Below are positions 11,707 through 23,352 of a stretch of 64,000 nt of DNA, in pieces. Source of the stretch: Albugo candida (Eukaryota); contig JBDOQK010000038.1 in NCBI GenBank assembly GCA_040437565.1, positions 186,001 through 250,000 of the forward strand, in the 5' to 3' direction. Numbering within the stretch: the stretch's first letter is position 1; the number at the start of each line of letters is the position of its first letter. Position numbers and translations under genes: made by a program. The notes under the pieces were generated by a model that saw only the letters and a list, made by a program, of their open reading frames with translations, did no database searches and was not told the origin of the DNA.

Positions 11707-12123
11707 ATGACAGCTCCTGTACCAATCGGCGGGTACCTCTATAAACTCAAGTCGCACGACACACTGTTATCTCCACAATGGAATCGACGGTACTTTGCTT
11801 TGGAAGGCTCCAAATTGAAATATTACAATAAAGAAAACGCATCACAAGCTTCTAAAGTTATCGATCTGTTGAGTATTGATTCCATTCGACGGTTCGAGAC
11901 TGGCGATCACGGCGCTTACAGTTTTGTAATCAAAACACCAATGCGAAGTTACTTTTTACGTGCGGAATCAAAAGGTGATATGAAACGATGGGTACGCGGT
12001 CTTTCGGAGCAACAGGAACTTTGGAAAGAAGCGGCGACGAAAGGAAACGGCGATCAAGTGAAACGCAAGCCAAAGCATTACAGTGATCAGTATGCCGACC
12101 AAATACCGCGGGTGCGCGCCTAA
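11707..12123 (+). CDS. PH-domain protein, 138 aa
   Basis: ATG 11707; GYLYKLK...WNRRYFALEGSKLKYY...IDL...FVIKTPMRSYFLRAESKGDMKRWVRGL is a canonical PH-fold signature. Confidence 0.9.
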   Translation: MTAPVPIGGYLYKLKSHDTLLSPQWNRRYFALEGSKLKYYNKENASQASKVIDLLSIDSIRRFETGDHGAYSFVIKTPMRSYFLRAESKGDMKRWVRGLSEQQELWKEAATKGNGDQVKRKPKHYSDQYADQIPRVRA

Positions 12124-12173
12124 GTACGGTCAAAATGACGGAACAGAGTGTATGCTATAATATAATAGGACCA

Positions 12174-13661
12174 TCATTGTTGCGCGTTTGATCGATTTAT
12201 CCGATCCAGAGACTTGTATTCGAGTATCTTTTCCAATTGAGTGAGAAATAACGCGGTAAGGACGGATGGATACTCGTACGTTTCTCTGCTGATATCCGCA
12301 GCTTGAAAGTCACAAACCATTGCGGTCACGACAGTCACATTGGCGCATTTTTGAAGCTTTTCTATCGCAATCGGAGAAATCATTAATGTCACAAGAATGA
12401 TTGTTTTGATAGTGTTCCATTTTAACCAATCAATAGTCTTGCACGCTGATTGACCGCTTAACGTAACTAAATCGAGCAACAGGACGCAGTGATTTTCCAA
12501 GTTGGACGGTAAGGTTGACTGCATTAGTTTTAGTGTATCTTTCTTCCCGTCGTACGTCCCGTTCACCGATCTGATTCGGCCTGTTGCTACGGACGGGTCA
12601 AGATACTGAAGGGCGTTCAGCATCGGTGACCCGTTTTGCTCCAAAGAAACTCCACAATAAGGAAACGACATCACCAAGCCGCTTTTCATCTCTCCGTTGT
12701 CGAATAGGATAGCTGCTTCCTGATTGGGTACTTTTGAAATGGCTTCCTCCAATAACAATCGTATCACACGTTCGACGGTGCGTTCAAACATATTTGTGCT
12801 CATTGAGGAAAATTGTTTGAGTAGAAATGTAATTATTAATTTCATGGCCGCTGAATCGACTTGATGAAATTGACCGGTCGACCCGTTCTGTGTGGACCCG
12901 TATGACCATGTGGGTGTACCCAACTCGACTCGGATAGAACGTGTGAACTCGCACTTGAGTTCCTCTGCGGTCACGGACACTTCAGAGACGGTAGAGCACG
13001 GTGACTCGGGTAAGTTCGGATTCGTCATTCTTCCGACTTGTGTGTGTTTCGGATGTTTTGCAAACGGGTTTTTATTGCGACGAGATAAAACCTGGGTTCG
13101 GTTTTTATTCAAATTACATATTGCGGCTCGACTGACTTGATACTCCTTGGCCAAGTCGGCTTGTTTCTCTCCGTTTTCAATGCGTAATAAAATGGTCCGA
13201 CGATCGATTTCGCGAAGATATCGCGACCGTTTATTGCGTTTTCTTACATTCGTTTCGTTACGATTTATCGGTATAATAGATAGATTGGCCGTATCTGATT
13301 GGGACAGAACGTTGAGCGACCGTTTACTACCGAGTTCGCCATCTTTGTCGGAATTCTGATAGAGCTTGCCGATCGGAAGAGCATAGGATCGCTTCTTGGC
13401 CCACTCGTGCACCATATCCTCATTACAAGCCTGCACGGATGGACGCGGAACAAGAGCTGGCACGCTCCTATTTTGTAAAGCTACTTCCAGTTCGTTGGAA
13501 TGATATTCTTCACGACCACACAAAATAGTAGACAATGCAGGTAATGTTGCTCGAAATTGATCATTTGGTTCTGATTTTAGTGTTCGCGTGGAGGTGAACC
13601 TTAATTCTGGATCTGGATCGTTAGAGGGCATTGTGGTATCTGTACGCGGTAACCGATCCAT
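12174..13661 (-). CDS. CENP-B/Psq-type HTH fused to a degenerate uracil-phosphoribosyltransferase-like domain, 495 aa
   Basis: HTH: YLREIDRRTILLRIENGEKQADLAKEYQVSRAAICNLNKNR. UPRT-like: FERTVERVIRLLLEEAIS...CGVSLEQNGSPMLNAL...LPSNLENHCVLLLDLVTLSGQSACKTI...IILVTLMISPIAIEKL...VTVVTA. Confidence 0.85.
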   Translation of the reverse strand: MDRLPRTDTTMPSNDPDPELRFTSTRTLKSEPNDQFRATLPALSTILCGREEYHSNELEVALQNRSVPALVPRPSVQACNEDMVHEWAKKRSYALPIGKLYQNSDKDGELGSKRSLNVLSQSDTANLSIIPINRNETNVRKRNKRSRYLREIDRRTILLRIENGEKQADLAKEYQVSRAAICNLNKNRTQVLSRRNKNPFAKHPKHTQVGRMTNPNLPESPCSTVSEVSVTAEELKCEFTRSIRVELGTPTWSYGSTQNGSTGQFHQVDSAAMKLIITFLLKQFSSMSTNMFERTVERVIRLLLEEAISKVPNQEAAILFDNGEMKSGLVMSFPYCGVSLEQNGSPMLNALQYLDPSVATGRIRSVNGTYDGKKDTLKLMQSTLPSNLENHCVLLLDLVTLSGQSACKTIDWLKWNTIKTIILVTLMISPIAIEKLQKCANVTVVTAMVCDFQAADISRETYEYPSVLTALFLTQLEKILEYKSLDRINRSNAQQ

Positions 13662-15067
13662 TCACGGTACTTAGTATTGAATCGCGCAGTCAGCACTTGA
13701 CTCGAATTTCGATTCTGGTAAAGAGGATCCTTGAAAGTAAAGAGAAGTAACTCTTTGGGCCAGGTGACAAAGCGCGTTGGACAATCTGTCTACAAGTAAA
13801 TTAAGTAAATTAATCGAAACGAAAACGCGGCGTCGCTAAGTGCGTTTCACGTCGACGAAAAAAAATTGGTGCGAGGGGTAGGCGAGCCGAATTTCGTCAA
13901 ATTTCTCCCAATCCAATTATCGTACAATTTTCACTTTACGCGCATTTAAAAATCATGAAGATTGTTGTGACATCATTCTTACATAACCGAAATGAATTGG
14001 ATGACGAGCAAATACCATCGCGCGACAAATCCAAAGCGTAGAAAGCAGAGAAGACTGATGCATTTTGCGCGTCATACAGCACAACCCACCGAGAGTCATT
14101 CATCCATGCCGAAAGGGCGTGAGACGGATGCAAAACCGTGGTATCAGACAGCCATGCAAGCCCATTCAGAGTCGTTGGATATCATTATGTTAGAGTATGG
14201 TCGAAATTCCGTACGGAATTCGTTCGGGAAACATTCTTTTGCCGAAACGAGTGATGGTCCTTGTGCGGCAACATATGGGGCACAACAGCGGTGTTCTTTT
14301 ACACCCACTCACAAAGCACTGTCACATGAAAAATCGAAATGCAACTCTATTTCGTCCAATCAGAACGTACCTCGGATACTTTATTACAAGTAGGTATTTT
14401 GAAATAAAAGGCCGTGCCACTTTACGCACATTCATATTTTACAAGCAATGGTGAAGCAGTGAGGAAAACGAGTGCCGTCGATTACGAAACGACTAACTCA
14501 CATATAGATGGATTGGAAGAGATAAGGTCGATTGTACCGTGTCTTTTGCATGAAAATCTCATTTGATGGTCATAATTATCAATTTAGAGAGGCTACCTAT
14601 GTTGCATCAAATGCTGAAGAAAATCGAATGGTACAGTCTGACCTCTATTATCAGATACTAATTTGTAGAGGCTTTCTTAGATTGACGCAAACAGCTCTTT
14701 AGAGCATTCTATTGAAAAAAACACGTATCAAGATACATCTTTGCAATATCGATCAAATTATGCAACCTCTCAATACTTGCCTGAATCACCACCATCAATT
14801 ATTGCATCCAATCGATCAATTGTTTCCGGTACAAAGTCGTTTTGGAACAGGCATTCTTGCTCAGTGTCCTTCCAGCAGTGTTTGAATGCAATCAAAAAGA
14901 ATCACAGAATACTGAAAGGAGTCAAAAAGGACCGATAAAGTGGCCGAAGCATACATTCTCTCTAAGCTCGGAAAAAGACGATCTAACGAAACCGTCCAAT
15001 GAGCTTTCACGAATGCATAGCGCTACGAATTTCAAATCGGTTCGACTTGTTATGAGTATGTACTGAG

Positions 15068-15454
15068 ATGATCCTACATGCATTCTCACAGAAAAAAATA
15101 TTGGAAGAAACTAGCCAAGAGCTAGTGTCCGAGACGTCGATCTCTCAGAATAGCGTGCTCGAACGGCCGCCTCCAAATTGGCAAAGCAAACTCTATATCC
15201 TCCATTCCGACATTGTACGGTTTGGACGGCATTCAGGCAAAAGTGAACAAAGCTCTGAATGGAAAATGAGCACCCGAACACGTCGGATATTCCACCAATG
15301 CGCAAGTAGTGTCGATCTGTCAAGTACGGGCGCCCATAACGACGAACTTGCGCAAGTGCAAAGTGTCGCAATCTACTTGAGCACCATCATTCAGTGCTAT
15401 CAGATAGAGGCCACTATTACAACGAAAAGGGTAAGTGGATTCAGTATAAATTGA
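15068..15454 (+). CDS. Possible hypothetical protein (may be one exon of a gene at 14.7-15.5 kb)
   Basis: 128-aa ATG ORF that fills the space in a gene-dense island and ends 15 bp from the convergent neighbour; no domain recognised. Confidence 0.3.
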   Translation: MILHAFSQKKILEETSQELVSETSISQNSVLERPPPNWQSKLYILHSDIVRFGRHSGKSEQSSEWKMSTRTRRIFHQCASSVDLSSTGAHNDELAQVQSVAIYLSTIIQCYQIEATITTKRVSGFSIN

Positions 15455-15469
15455 GTGCACGATTTGTTA

Positions 15470-16051
15470 CTATTCCGAATGAAAGTAATCAAGCGCCACA
15501 AGCATGAGTGCATATGGAATGTTTTTTCGAAAGTATGAGACTTTAAGGAATGGAATCGTCGCAGCGGCTGTAGCCACGCTAATGTTGATCGCGTCTATGC
15601 GCGTCTCTTGCTTGAATTCAAGCGCTGCTTTGACGCCTTGGTACGTCAAGAAGAAGCTACGATCGAGTGATAAGTACGGAATAGTACCTAAGAGATAAAA
15701 TGAAGCTGTGTACCTTGAAAAAGAAGCGCCGGTCCACACGGCCGTTTTTGCGATCGCGTTGGTTGTGACAGACGACACTTTGCCGTACTTTTGATAAGTA
15801 CGGATTCCATCAACTGGACATAAATCGAGTTTCATTAAGTGTCAGGTCATCATATTCGACTTACTTGCTCCAAACATTGCGCCTGTAGGAAAGCCGACAA
15901 GCGCGCCAAAAAGTAGCCTATTATACATAGCGGTAGACAGTACACTTTTTGGCTCTATTTTGTCGGTAAAACTATTTTCGACGGGTTCGTCAGCATTCGA
16001 TTTGGTTGTCGATTCATCATAGGACGACCACCTTTGGGAGTCGATGGCCAT
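15470..16051 (-). CDS. Tim17/Tim22/Tim23-family-like small membrane protein (intron 15814-15864; probable in-frame intron 15657-15713)
   Basis: A 51-nt GTAAGT...TCCAG intron joins the two ORFs in frame (GAMFGA|IDGIR). The GxxxG helix GALVGFPTGAMFG, then GASFS..FFLTYQGVKAALE and DAINISVATAAA, follow the Tim17-family layout. Confidence 0.7.
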
Positions 16052-16198
16052 CGATCGTAGCTGTGTAAAGTTCGCCCCATGATCGTCTAAGTACGTTTGA
16101 CAATTGTCTCATTGATAACAACGCACTATATTCAACCTATTCTAGCTCTATCATGAAGGTTATTTGGTCCAACTCGATTGCTGAACATTACTGCAAAT

Positions 16199-17072
16199 TC
16201 ACAGAAAGGTATACGCGATCGTGATTGCGGCCACGACTAAATGACACGTGATACTTGCTAAAAACGCATAAAACCAGTATAAAGTGCGTTTTCCTATACA
16301 CTTTCCGGTCCATGGACAATGATGATCTAGTTCCAGTATACACGCATTGCAATCATAACAGTGTGATGCATTGACTGGTCGCGATATGTGACAACTTGCT
16401 ACAGTATACACTTAGCGCAACGCATACACAACACTATACAATATACATACCGCATACGATCATCTCTTGTACCGGTTCGTCTTCTGATTCCATCGGCGCG
16501 GTGAGCAATGTTACTGGTGGACTTCCAGGAGTGTATACCTCAAGACTGATGTTTTTTCGCTCTTCAAAAATCATTCCGGGATCACTACAAGCTGTCATCG
16601 AGAACAATATCAGCGTCAGGAATGTTGTCACTGCCAATGCAGTTTGACACGCAAGCTCTATGCTTGTTTCTCCCAATTGCCTACATATACTATACATAAG
16701 AGATGATCTATGTCGAGACGAGTATACATCTTACGTCACAGATGCTACAATAATTATTGGTGCCAAAATGATGGTATACGTCAGAAGCATCCAAAATCGA
16801 TCGGGTCCGATGTGACATGTCGTCGGAAAGTATCCAATGTAACCAGAAGTATACGTGCATAGTACCCGCGTAGAGCCGATCGGTATACACCACCTCCATC
16901 TCACGCGTTTCGTCTTCGATCCACGTTTAGGTGCATTCTCTACTTCTAACACTGTTTCTGGCATATGTGCTACTGCGGACACTCTGCTTGTAGGCGTTTG
17001 AGACAGAGGTGTTGTGCTATTTGTCGTGGCATTTTCACTAGACGACACATTCATTCGATGATAGTTGACCAT
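16199..17072 (-). CDS. DHHC palmitoyltransferase, 255 aa, 3 exons (17072-16735, 16680-16451, 16398-16199)
   Basis: CHISRPVNASHCYDCNACILELDHHCPWTGKCIG is the DHHC Cys-rich domain; TACSDPG motif; GT-AG introns of 54 and 52 nt keep the frame (768 nt total). Confidence 0.92.
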
Positions 17073-17576
17073 TTTAGGTTACGGTATACTGCAAATGGGA
17101 GTTCTCACTGTGTACTACGGTTTAATAGTTAGACTCCCTGCCACTCTGGTTTCAACCAATCATCATCGCGCTTTTTATTCCTCTTCCCTAAACGACTTTA
17201 AGCATTCATCACAGCCTGAAGACCTAAGTTCGATTTAATGATCAGGTTCTGATACAACGATGTTTACCTTCTACCTATAAGCCACGACTCTTTCAGTGTG
17301 ACTCGGCGAAGCCACACTATAGGCCAAAAATCTTCCTTTTCAGCTTTGCACTGTGATTTGAGGTAAACTACAGAGCTCCTGAATCCACAGAGCAATAGGA
17401 AATGAACCTCAAGTAAGTTGGCCGACAAAAGTACTTAAAGCGACCGCGTGCGCTCGCGTTTGGAGTACTACTCCATATAGGACACATAAGTTTGCAAAAG
17501 TGTGGTTGTATTCAAGCTACCGTACTAGAAAGAGTATATGTAATCTGCATACGGTGATCAAACTCGGTTCTAGCAC

Positions 17577-18266
17577 CTAATAGTAAATCTGCTGGACCGG
17601 TCCCATTGTCGACTTGAGGTACATCACTTTGATGTTTTGCCAGTTTTTCTTCAACAAAGACGCCAGGAAATTAGCAGCCAGCTGAGTGTTGACAACAATT
17701 TCTTCAGTTGAAAGTCCAACGTGCCCAATAGCAATATTGAGGCACATAACTTTTTTCATTTGGAACTTGATCGTCGCACGCAATTGATCCGCTTTTTCTG
17801 TGAGCGATTCACTTGATCCCACTAAAGTAGGAAACTTGCCAGCTTTGTTAAGTCCAGGACCCAAAAGACGAGGAATTTGCTTGATTAAAGTGTCAGACGC
17901 TAAAAACGCATCGTACTTTTTGGCAAACTTCTTGATCACCTTTTTGTTTTTATTAAACTTTTTCAGGTCGTCCACAGTCATAAAGTCGAACCCATTTTTT
18001 TCCGCTACTTCACAATGTACCGCATTTCCCAAAACGCATATTTTCATGTTGGGACGTGGGACGGTCGGTAGCTTGAAGGTACCGCTGAAACGTTTGTCCT
18101 TCTGCGGGTCGTAGTTTTTAAGTGCGATTTGTAATTCGATCGTTTCCTTGAAGTTTCGTTGCTTTCCCTTGACTTCCTTTCCATTAATAGTGATGGTTTC
18201 ACCACTCGAGTACGCGAGAATCTCATTGACAGCCTTGTCCAGGATTTCACTACTTAATTTACTCAT
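17577..18266 (-). CDS. RPL10A: 60S ribosomal protein L10a (uL1), 229 aa
   Basis: ATG 18266; [27 protein letters not shown]...[20 protein letters not shown]...[18 protein letters not shown]. Confidence 0.97.
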   Translation of the reverse strand: MSKLSSEILDKAVNEILAYSSGETITINGKEVKGKQRNFKETIELQIALKNYDPQKDKRFSGTFKLPTVPRPNMKICVLGNAVHCEVAEKNGFDFMTVDDLKKFNKNKKVIKKFAKKYDAFLASDTLIKQIPRLLGPGLNKAGKFPTLVGSSESLTEKADQLRATIKFQMKKVMCLNIAIGHVGLSTEEIVVNTQLAANFLASLLKKNWQNIKVMYLKSTMGPVQQIYY

Positions 18267-18385
18267 GCTTGTCGAGTTTGTATGGGTCGCTTGCTTTCTA
18301 TCCACAAATTTGAAAATGAATCAATGCGGTAGCAGCCACTAGATTTTAACCAATCAGTGTACTGTGCAGCCGAGCGTTATGTAAC

Positions 18386-19129
18386 TTAAATTAACATTGA
18401 GGTTGTGCGTGCACGTCCGCAAATGATGTACAAGTACAGAAGAACGCTAAATAGGATCCAAACTAGAATCGTGATCGTGACGGATGCGACGATATCGCAA
18501 AGTCGACCATAGAAATCAGCTTCATCGTCTGCAATCGTATAAGAGTTGCGCCAAATTATTCCATTCCGCTGTTTTCGTGCATTTTGGTGCTCCACTACTT
18601 CACTTAATATGCGAGCCCGTTTTTGTGTCCAGGACGTTATCACTTTTTGTAGGATAATCGCTTCACGGTACTCGGACTGTCCTTCTTCAATCACGAAATC
18701 TTCGCGAGATGACCCACCGTATTTTTCAGATTTCTTTACGCGAATATCACCAGACGGCTCGGTTATATTCTCAAACGGAATGGGACTCTTTTCTTCTTGA
18801 TCTTCACGCGGACTTTTGAAGTATACGTCTTCTTGAGCTTCGACCCCATCAAGCGCATGAATAGGGAGAAGCTTGGTCTCGTCTTCAGGAACAGATGGAG
18901 AAATTTGATGTCTGCTGCTTTCTGCGCGTTCATCTGTGCCTTGCACACACGTTGTAATGTGATTTGGAAAGCAGTGACGACATAGTATACGTTGGCATAG
19001 TATACACTTTTTCTTACGTTTAAAAACTTTTAAACGTTTCTTGCAATCTGAACATAACACAGGGGATCGTGTCAAATAATGTTTCCTGGAAGAGCTCGAA
19101 AAATCGTATTTTTCTACCATGTTGTCCAT
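18386..19129 (-). CDS. FYVE-like zinc-finger protein with C-terminal transmembrane anchor, 247 aa
   Basis: CSDCKKRLKVFKRKKKCILCQRILCRHC resembles FYVE/rabphilin-type fingers; hydrophobic IVASVTITILVWILFSVLLYLYIIC near the C-terminus. Confidence 0.75.
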   Translation of the reverse strand: MDNMVEKYDFSSSSRKHYLTRSPVLCSDCKKRLKVFKRKKKCILCQRILCRHCFPNHITTCVQGTDERAESSRHQISPSVPEDETKLLPIHALDGVEAQEDVYFKSPREDQEEKSPIPFENITEPSGDIRVKKSEKYGGSSREDFVIEEGQSEYREAIILQKVITSWTQKRARILSEVVEHQNARKQRNGIIWRNSYTIADDEADFYGRLCDIVASVTITILVWILFSVLLYLYIICGRARTTSMLI

Positions 19130-19726
19130 ATTTAATTATTTTGTTATCTGTACATTTCACATAACAGGTTCATTTTTCNNNNNNNNNNNNNNNNNNNNNN
19201 NNNNNNNNNNNNNNNNNNNNNNNNNNNNNNNNNNNNNNNNNNNNNNNNNNNNNNNNNNNNNNNNNNNNNNNNNNNNNNCATAAAGTAGGTTACGGATAAG
19301 ATTCTCACCCTTCTACACTATACTATTTTCCAGTTTAAATTATTGACAATATCGCTCGTAATAGCGATGATTTCGACGTCGAAAATTCATTTTTAGCCTT
19401 TTCGACTTGGAAATGATTTAAATTCGGTTGTTGATCCAAACGGCGCCGTCCGATGTGAAAGAAAGCGGCTCAAATGACTGAGTTATCGCAGTGAGATAAA
19501 CTTATGAATTCATCAATCAATCCACACAATCAACTAACACTACGTCGATATTTAGATTGCCCATACATTCACATAATGAAACCAAAACAACTTAAAGTCT
19601 TATGAAAGAGCTCACTACTTTCGCTACTCCTTCAAACCCTCAGCCACACGACCAACTCGGTGGTTGTCTCAAAATCGCATGTAAGCACAAATTTACCATA
19701 TTGTTTTCTTCCATTCGGTTGACTTT

Positions 19727-21478
19727 TTATTGTGCAACGACGCACTGCTCCGTTGCGTTTATATGCCGTCGCCATCGTCTGGGAAGCATGTACTCATCTT
19801 CTTTGTATTTCGTCACATACTTTTGTAAAGCTTCATGAACAGCTGTATGGTACTCCTCCATACAAACATTCATGTATTCGCGAGTGATACATGCAACCTG
19901 ATGTGCGATGACGCTTACACACTGTCGAACGAGCGATTCGGTGCCACTGGAATGCATGAGCTTTTGTTCGAATGTTTCTAATTGGCATTTCAATTCATTG
20001 CGAAAATCAGAATTTTGCGTTACCAAAAGTGCAATTTCCTCTTCCAATAATTTAATTTTCGAATTCCATTGTGAGGAGTTTCCCTCAAATTGTGTTTGGA
20101 GGCGTTTAAGGGATTGGGGGAATTCACTTTTCACTTTTTTTTGGCGTTCGATTTGCGTTATTTGCATTTGTAACTGCGTCAATTGGCTGGAAAGACCGGT
20201 GAGTGGATCATGTCGAGAACTCGACTCGGCTTCTAATTGTTGGAGCCATTCTTCCAATTCACTCAAACGAACTTGAACGCGACTTTCGAGCGACACGCGC
20301 TGTGTTCCCTCATGAGTGATTTTTCCCTCGAGAAAGTGGGACATTCGAGTGAGGGAAGCCTCATGCTCACGAGAGAGCGCGGAAAGGATTGATTCTGTCG
20401 AGTGAACGGGTGGAGTCGAGTCGGAATGAAGATGGGAATGATGTGATTGGATCACTGGTAGCTCAGAAATTGCATCTTGTACGGATTTGTGAAGTTTGAT
20501 GGATTGTTTTTTTATATCTTTCCCCATTGTGAATCCAAATAATTGAAATAATTGAGCCAATTGTGATTGAAATGAACTCTGTCGTCCTTCGAGGGTGGAA
20601 ATTCGGTCGAGAAATGAAGGTTTCCGTGAATATTGTGAGAAAGAGGGAATCAACGATTGGAGGTATTCCAATTCTTGGGACACATGATGGAGCGTTTTTT
20701 GTAAGCAATGAACCGTTTGGGTGAGATTAGCGCAATGGGAGCAGCATGACGACTTTGTATGCGATACGTCTTGAACAATGGAATGTGGTGGGACAGAATT
20801 GTATCCGTCGAAGGTAGACGCAATAAAGGAGCGCAACGCATCGGTGAGATTTCGGGACGCATCGGCTGGTTGGGACGATTGATTGGGGACATTTGAGACA
20901 TTGCGGCCGGAGATTTCGAAGCTTTGGTCGGCTTGTTGGAAAGAATGAACGTTGAGGGAGAACGATGGATTGGGTTGTAGGTAGGAGAGGTAGGAAGGAA
21001 GTGCTTCTTCCTCACGTTCTTCTTCTTGTTCGCATTTAAAAAATTGTCGTGCCGATTGGGTCGTACCATGTACCGGAGTGAATTTTTGTGTTGACCACAT
21101 GGTAGGTTGCGGAGGTGGAACGTTCCAGGAATGAAGTGGGACGTTCATGTCAAGTTCAGAGGAAGATGTTGTGCCTGGCGAAGATACTGATTTCGAGCCT
21201 TCGTGTGGAGTTTGTTTTGGTGCAACGGTAGTGCCGCTTTCTTCGGATTTCTCTTCCCGATATTTTTGCATATTGTTCCATGCTGGTACGTTACGGCGTG
21301 CAATCTCGTTGGTGACTACGTTGTCCCATTGTACCGTACCAGTGTTTGGATGGGACGTACTGTCCCATGCCGATGCACAAGGATTCAGTGAAGCATTTAT
21401 CTCTTCCATACATTCGCTCTTTATAATAAAGTCTGATTGATCTCTTCGAGAGAGTCTTGCACGTGCGCTTCTCGTCAT
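19727..21478 (-). CDS. Hypothetical coiled-coil protein, 583 aa
   Basis: Long intact ATG ORF; Ser/Pro-rich N-half; heptad-rich C-half (LESRVQVRLSELEEWLQQLE, LSSQLTQLQMQITQIE). Confidence 0.85.
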   Translation of the reverse strand: MTRSARARLSRRDQSDFIIKSECMEEINASLNPCASAWDSTSHPNTGTVQWDNVVTNEIARRNVPAWNNMQKYREEKSEESGTTVAPKQTPHEGSKSVSSPGTTSSSELDMNVPLHSWNVPPPQPTMWSTQKFTPVHGTTQSARQFFKCEQEEEREEEALPSYLSYLQPNPSFSLNVHSFQQADQSFEISGRNVSNVPNQSSQPADASRNLTDALRSFIASTFDGYNSVPPHSIVQDVSHTKSSCCSHCANLTQTVHCLQKTLHHVSQELEYLQSLIPSFSQYSRKPSFLDRISTLEGRQSSFQSQLAQLFQLFGFTMGKDIKKQSIKLHKSVQDAISELPVIQSHHSHLHSDSTPPVHSTESILSALSREHEASLTRMSHFLEGKITHEGTQRVSLESRVQVRLSELEEWLQQLEAESSSRHDPLTGLSSQLTQLQMQITQIERQKKVKSEFPQSLKRLQTQFEGNSSQWNSKIKLLEEEIALLVTQNSDFRNELKCQLETFEQKLMHSSGTESLVRQCVSVIAHQVACITREYMNVCMEEYHTAVHEALQKYVTKYKEDEYMLPRRWRRHINATEQCVVAQ

Positions 21479-22826
21479 AGTTTGATACCGTGACGAAGTT
21501 GAAATCGAGTTGAAGGAATTTCAACCAATCCAATTATTTATTACTGTCGCAGACAAAAAATTACATTATTGATATCTCATCTGCAGACCCAAAATACAGA
21601 TGACTCAATCAAAATCGTAGCCTCTTCCAGCAGCTTTTGTCCGATCAGTCTTCTCGATCGTTTATCGCGCTGCAAAGGTCGGTATAAGTTGATTTATAGG
21701 TCAAATTGCGGGATAGTAGCGACCATGATGCATTTTTTATGTGTCAAATATGTAATTGTTTTTTTACAGGCAATGTACCGCCCAGGTACCGTCCCGCACG
21801 AACAAAGAGAAAGTACCAAGTATTCTACTGAAGCCGCACACTTAATGTTCTGCAAACGTCGTTGTCGAGGGAGCTCGAGTTGTGCTAATGAACGGTTTGT
21901 GAGGTACAGCGTGCTGACACCCTAGATACGGAACACACAGTCCTACTTCTTTGTGAAATCACACGGTTTAGGCAATTTTTGTTAGGATTTCTCAGAAATC
22001 CANNNNNNNNNNNNNNNNNNNNNNNNNNNNNNNNNNNNNNNNNNNNNNNNNNNNNNNNNNNNNNNNNNNNNNNNNNNNNNNNNNNNNNNNNNNNNNNNNN
22101 NNCTTTTGGTATACAAATTCACCATAATAAAGCAGCCTTTACCGAGTTTACAAAATAATGTGTCCACACCATTGTTATAGCACAACACTTCAAAGTCCTT
22201 AGCAATAATAATAGATTCGGCCATTTCGACTACTCGATTAAAATATATCTGTGTCACATTCTTTATATTGGCAAAGAACCTGAGTCTTATATGTGAACGA
22301 TATAGAGAAGCAGTAACTCTATTAGTACACGCCATTACCGCTTTTGCTAAAGCCTTCACCACGCCGAGCCTTGTCAAGGTGGGACGTAACAGTAAAGAAG
22401 CGGTAAGTATATCAAGTTGGAAGTAGAAGCTACGCCTGATGATGGAAATATGATTAAATCATCTACCTTCTTATGATTGGAATACTGAGTCAGGATGGCT
22501 GATCTGATTCCTTTTCTCATAAGTCAAGACATTAAGGTACATCGTGGTACATTCTCGTCTCCGTCCTAATTGTCCCGTTAAACCGTACTTTATATTCATC
22601 GGACATACATTTTGAAGACAATGCGTAGATCTGATGCCATGTCAATCTTACGTTCCTCTTCTAAGATAGTTTCGTTGATCCCCTTGAAAAAGTGTGCTCT
22701 AAAGTAAGAAATTTCTTAGAATATAATCAGATTGCTACTTTGCTATCACAGGTAAAGTCAGCTCTTTCAATTTAATTACAAAAATGATTGAATGCATTTC
22801 GGACCGGTGGTTAAGATTCGGTCAGG

Positions 22827-23352
22827 ATCGCGTGCATTAGCACGTTGACATTCTTGAGTGCCATAAAGCTGATTGATAAGATCGCATCGGGATGCTTACG
22901 TTATACCGTCAGTATGCGCCACCAGGACAAATTTTTTTCCACCGAATCTCCTAGTTCTCGTACCGTATAATATGTGGATACACTTTTATAAACATCCTAA
23001 TTATATGTTCATCACACTACGATTGATACAACTTCACGTAAAAGCGCGCCATCTCGCACATCATTTTCAGCATCATTCTTCAAGCCTTTCATGCATTTCC
23101 CCTATTATCTATCGCACAAAAAAGCCGCAATCGACTGATCTTTGTAACATACGCTCACTCCATCCCATCACATTATAACTACTTCCAATCTATCACGTAC
23201 TAGCGCTCCATCCTTTTCTCCGAGAAAAATTAGGTCCCTCGACGCGACTGCTCTATAACATGTGATTTCGACAATATAAAAACACGTCTTTACACTCTCC
23301 TCCGACTACTTCAACTCATTTATCAAATTTCATCACCAATACCAACATTCTA
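22827..23352 (+). promoter_or_regulatory. Family upstream module of locus C, including an INR+FPR-like core (CTCATTTATCAAATTTC, ~23315-23331)
   Basis: Motifs shared in order and spacing with upstream regions of loci D, E, F, J, K, L and M. The core fits the oomycete INR (YCAYTYY) + FPR (MWTTTNC) consensus. Confidence 0.6.

Noticed and set aside
13992-14454. ORFs 13992-14393 and 14197-14454 as genes
   Set aside because: No domain or compositional support; could be chance ORFs in the divergent intergenic region.
21982-22377. 131-aa minus-strand ORF as another family member
   Set aside because: No ATG or signal peptide, Cys spacing does not match, and it runs into a gap.
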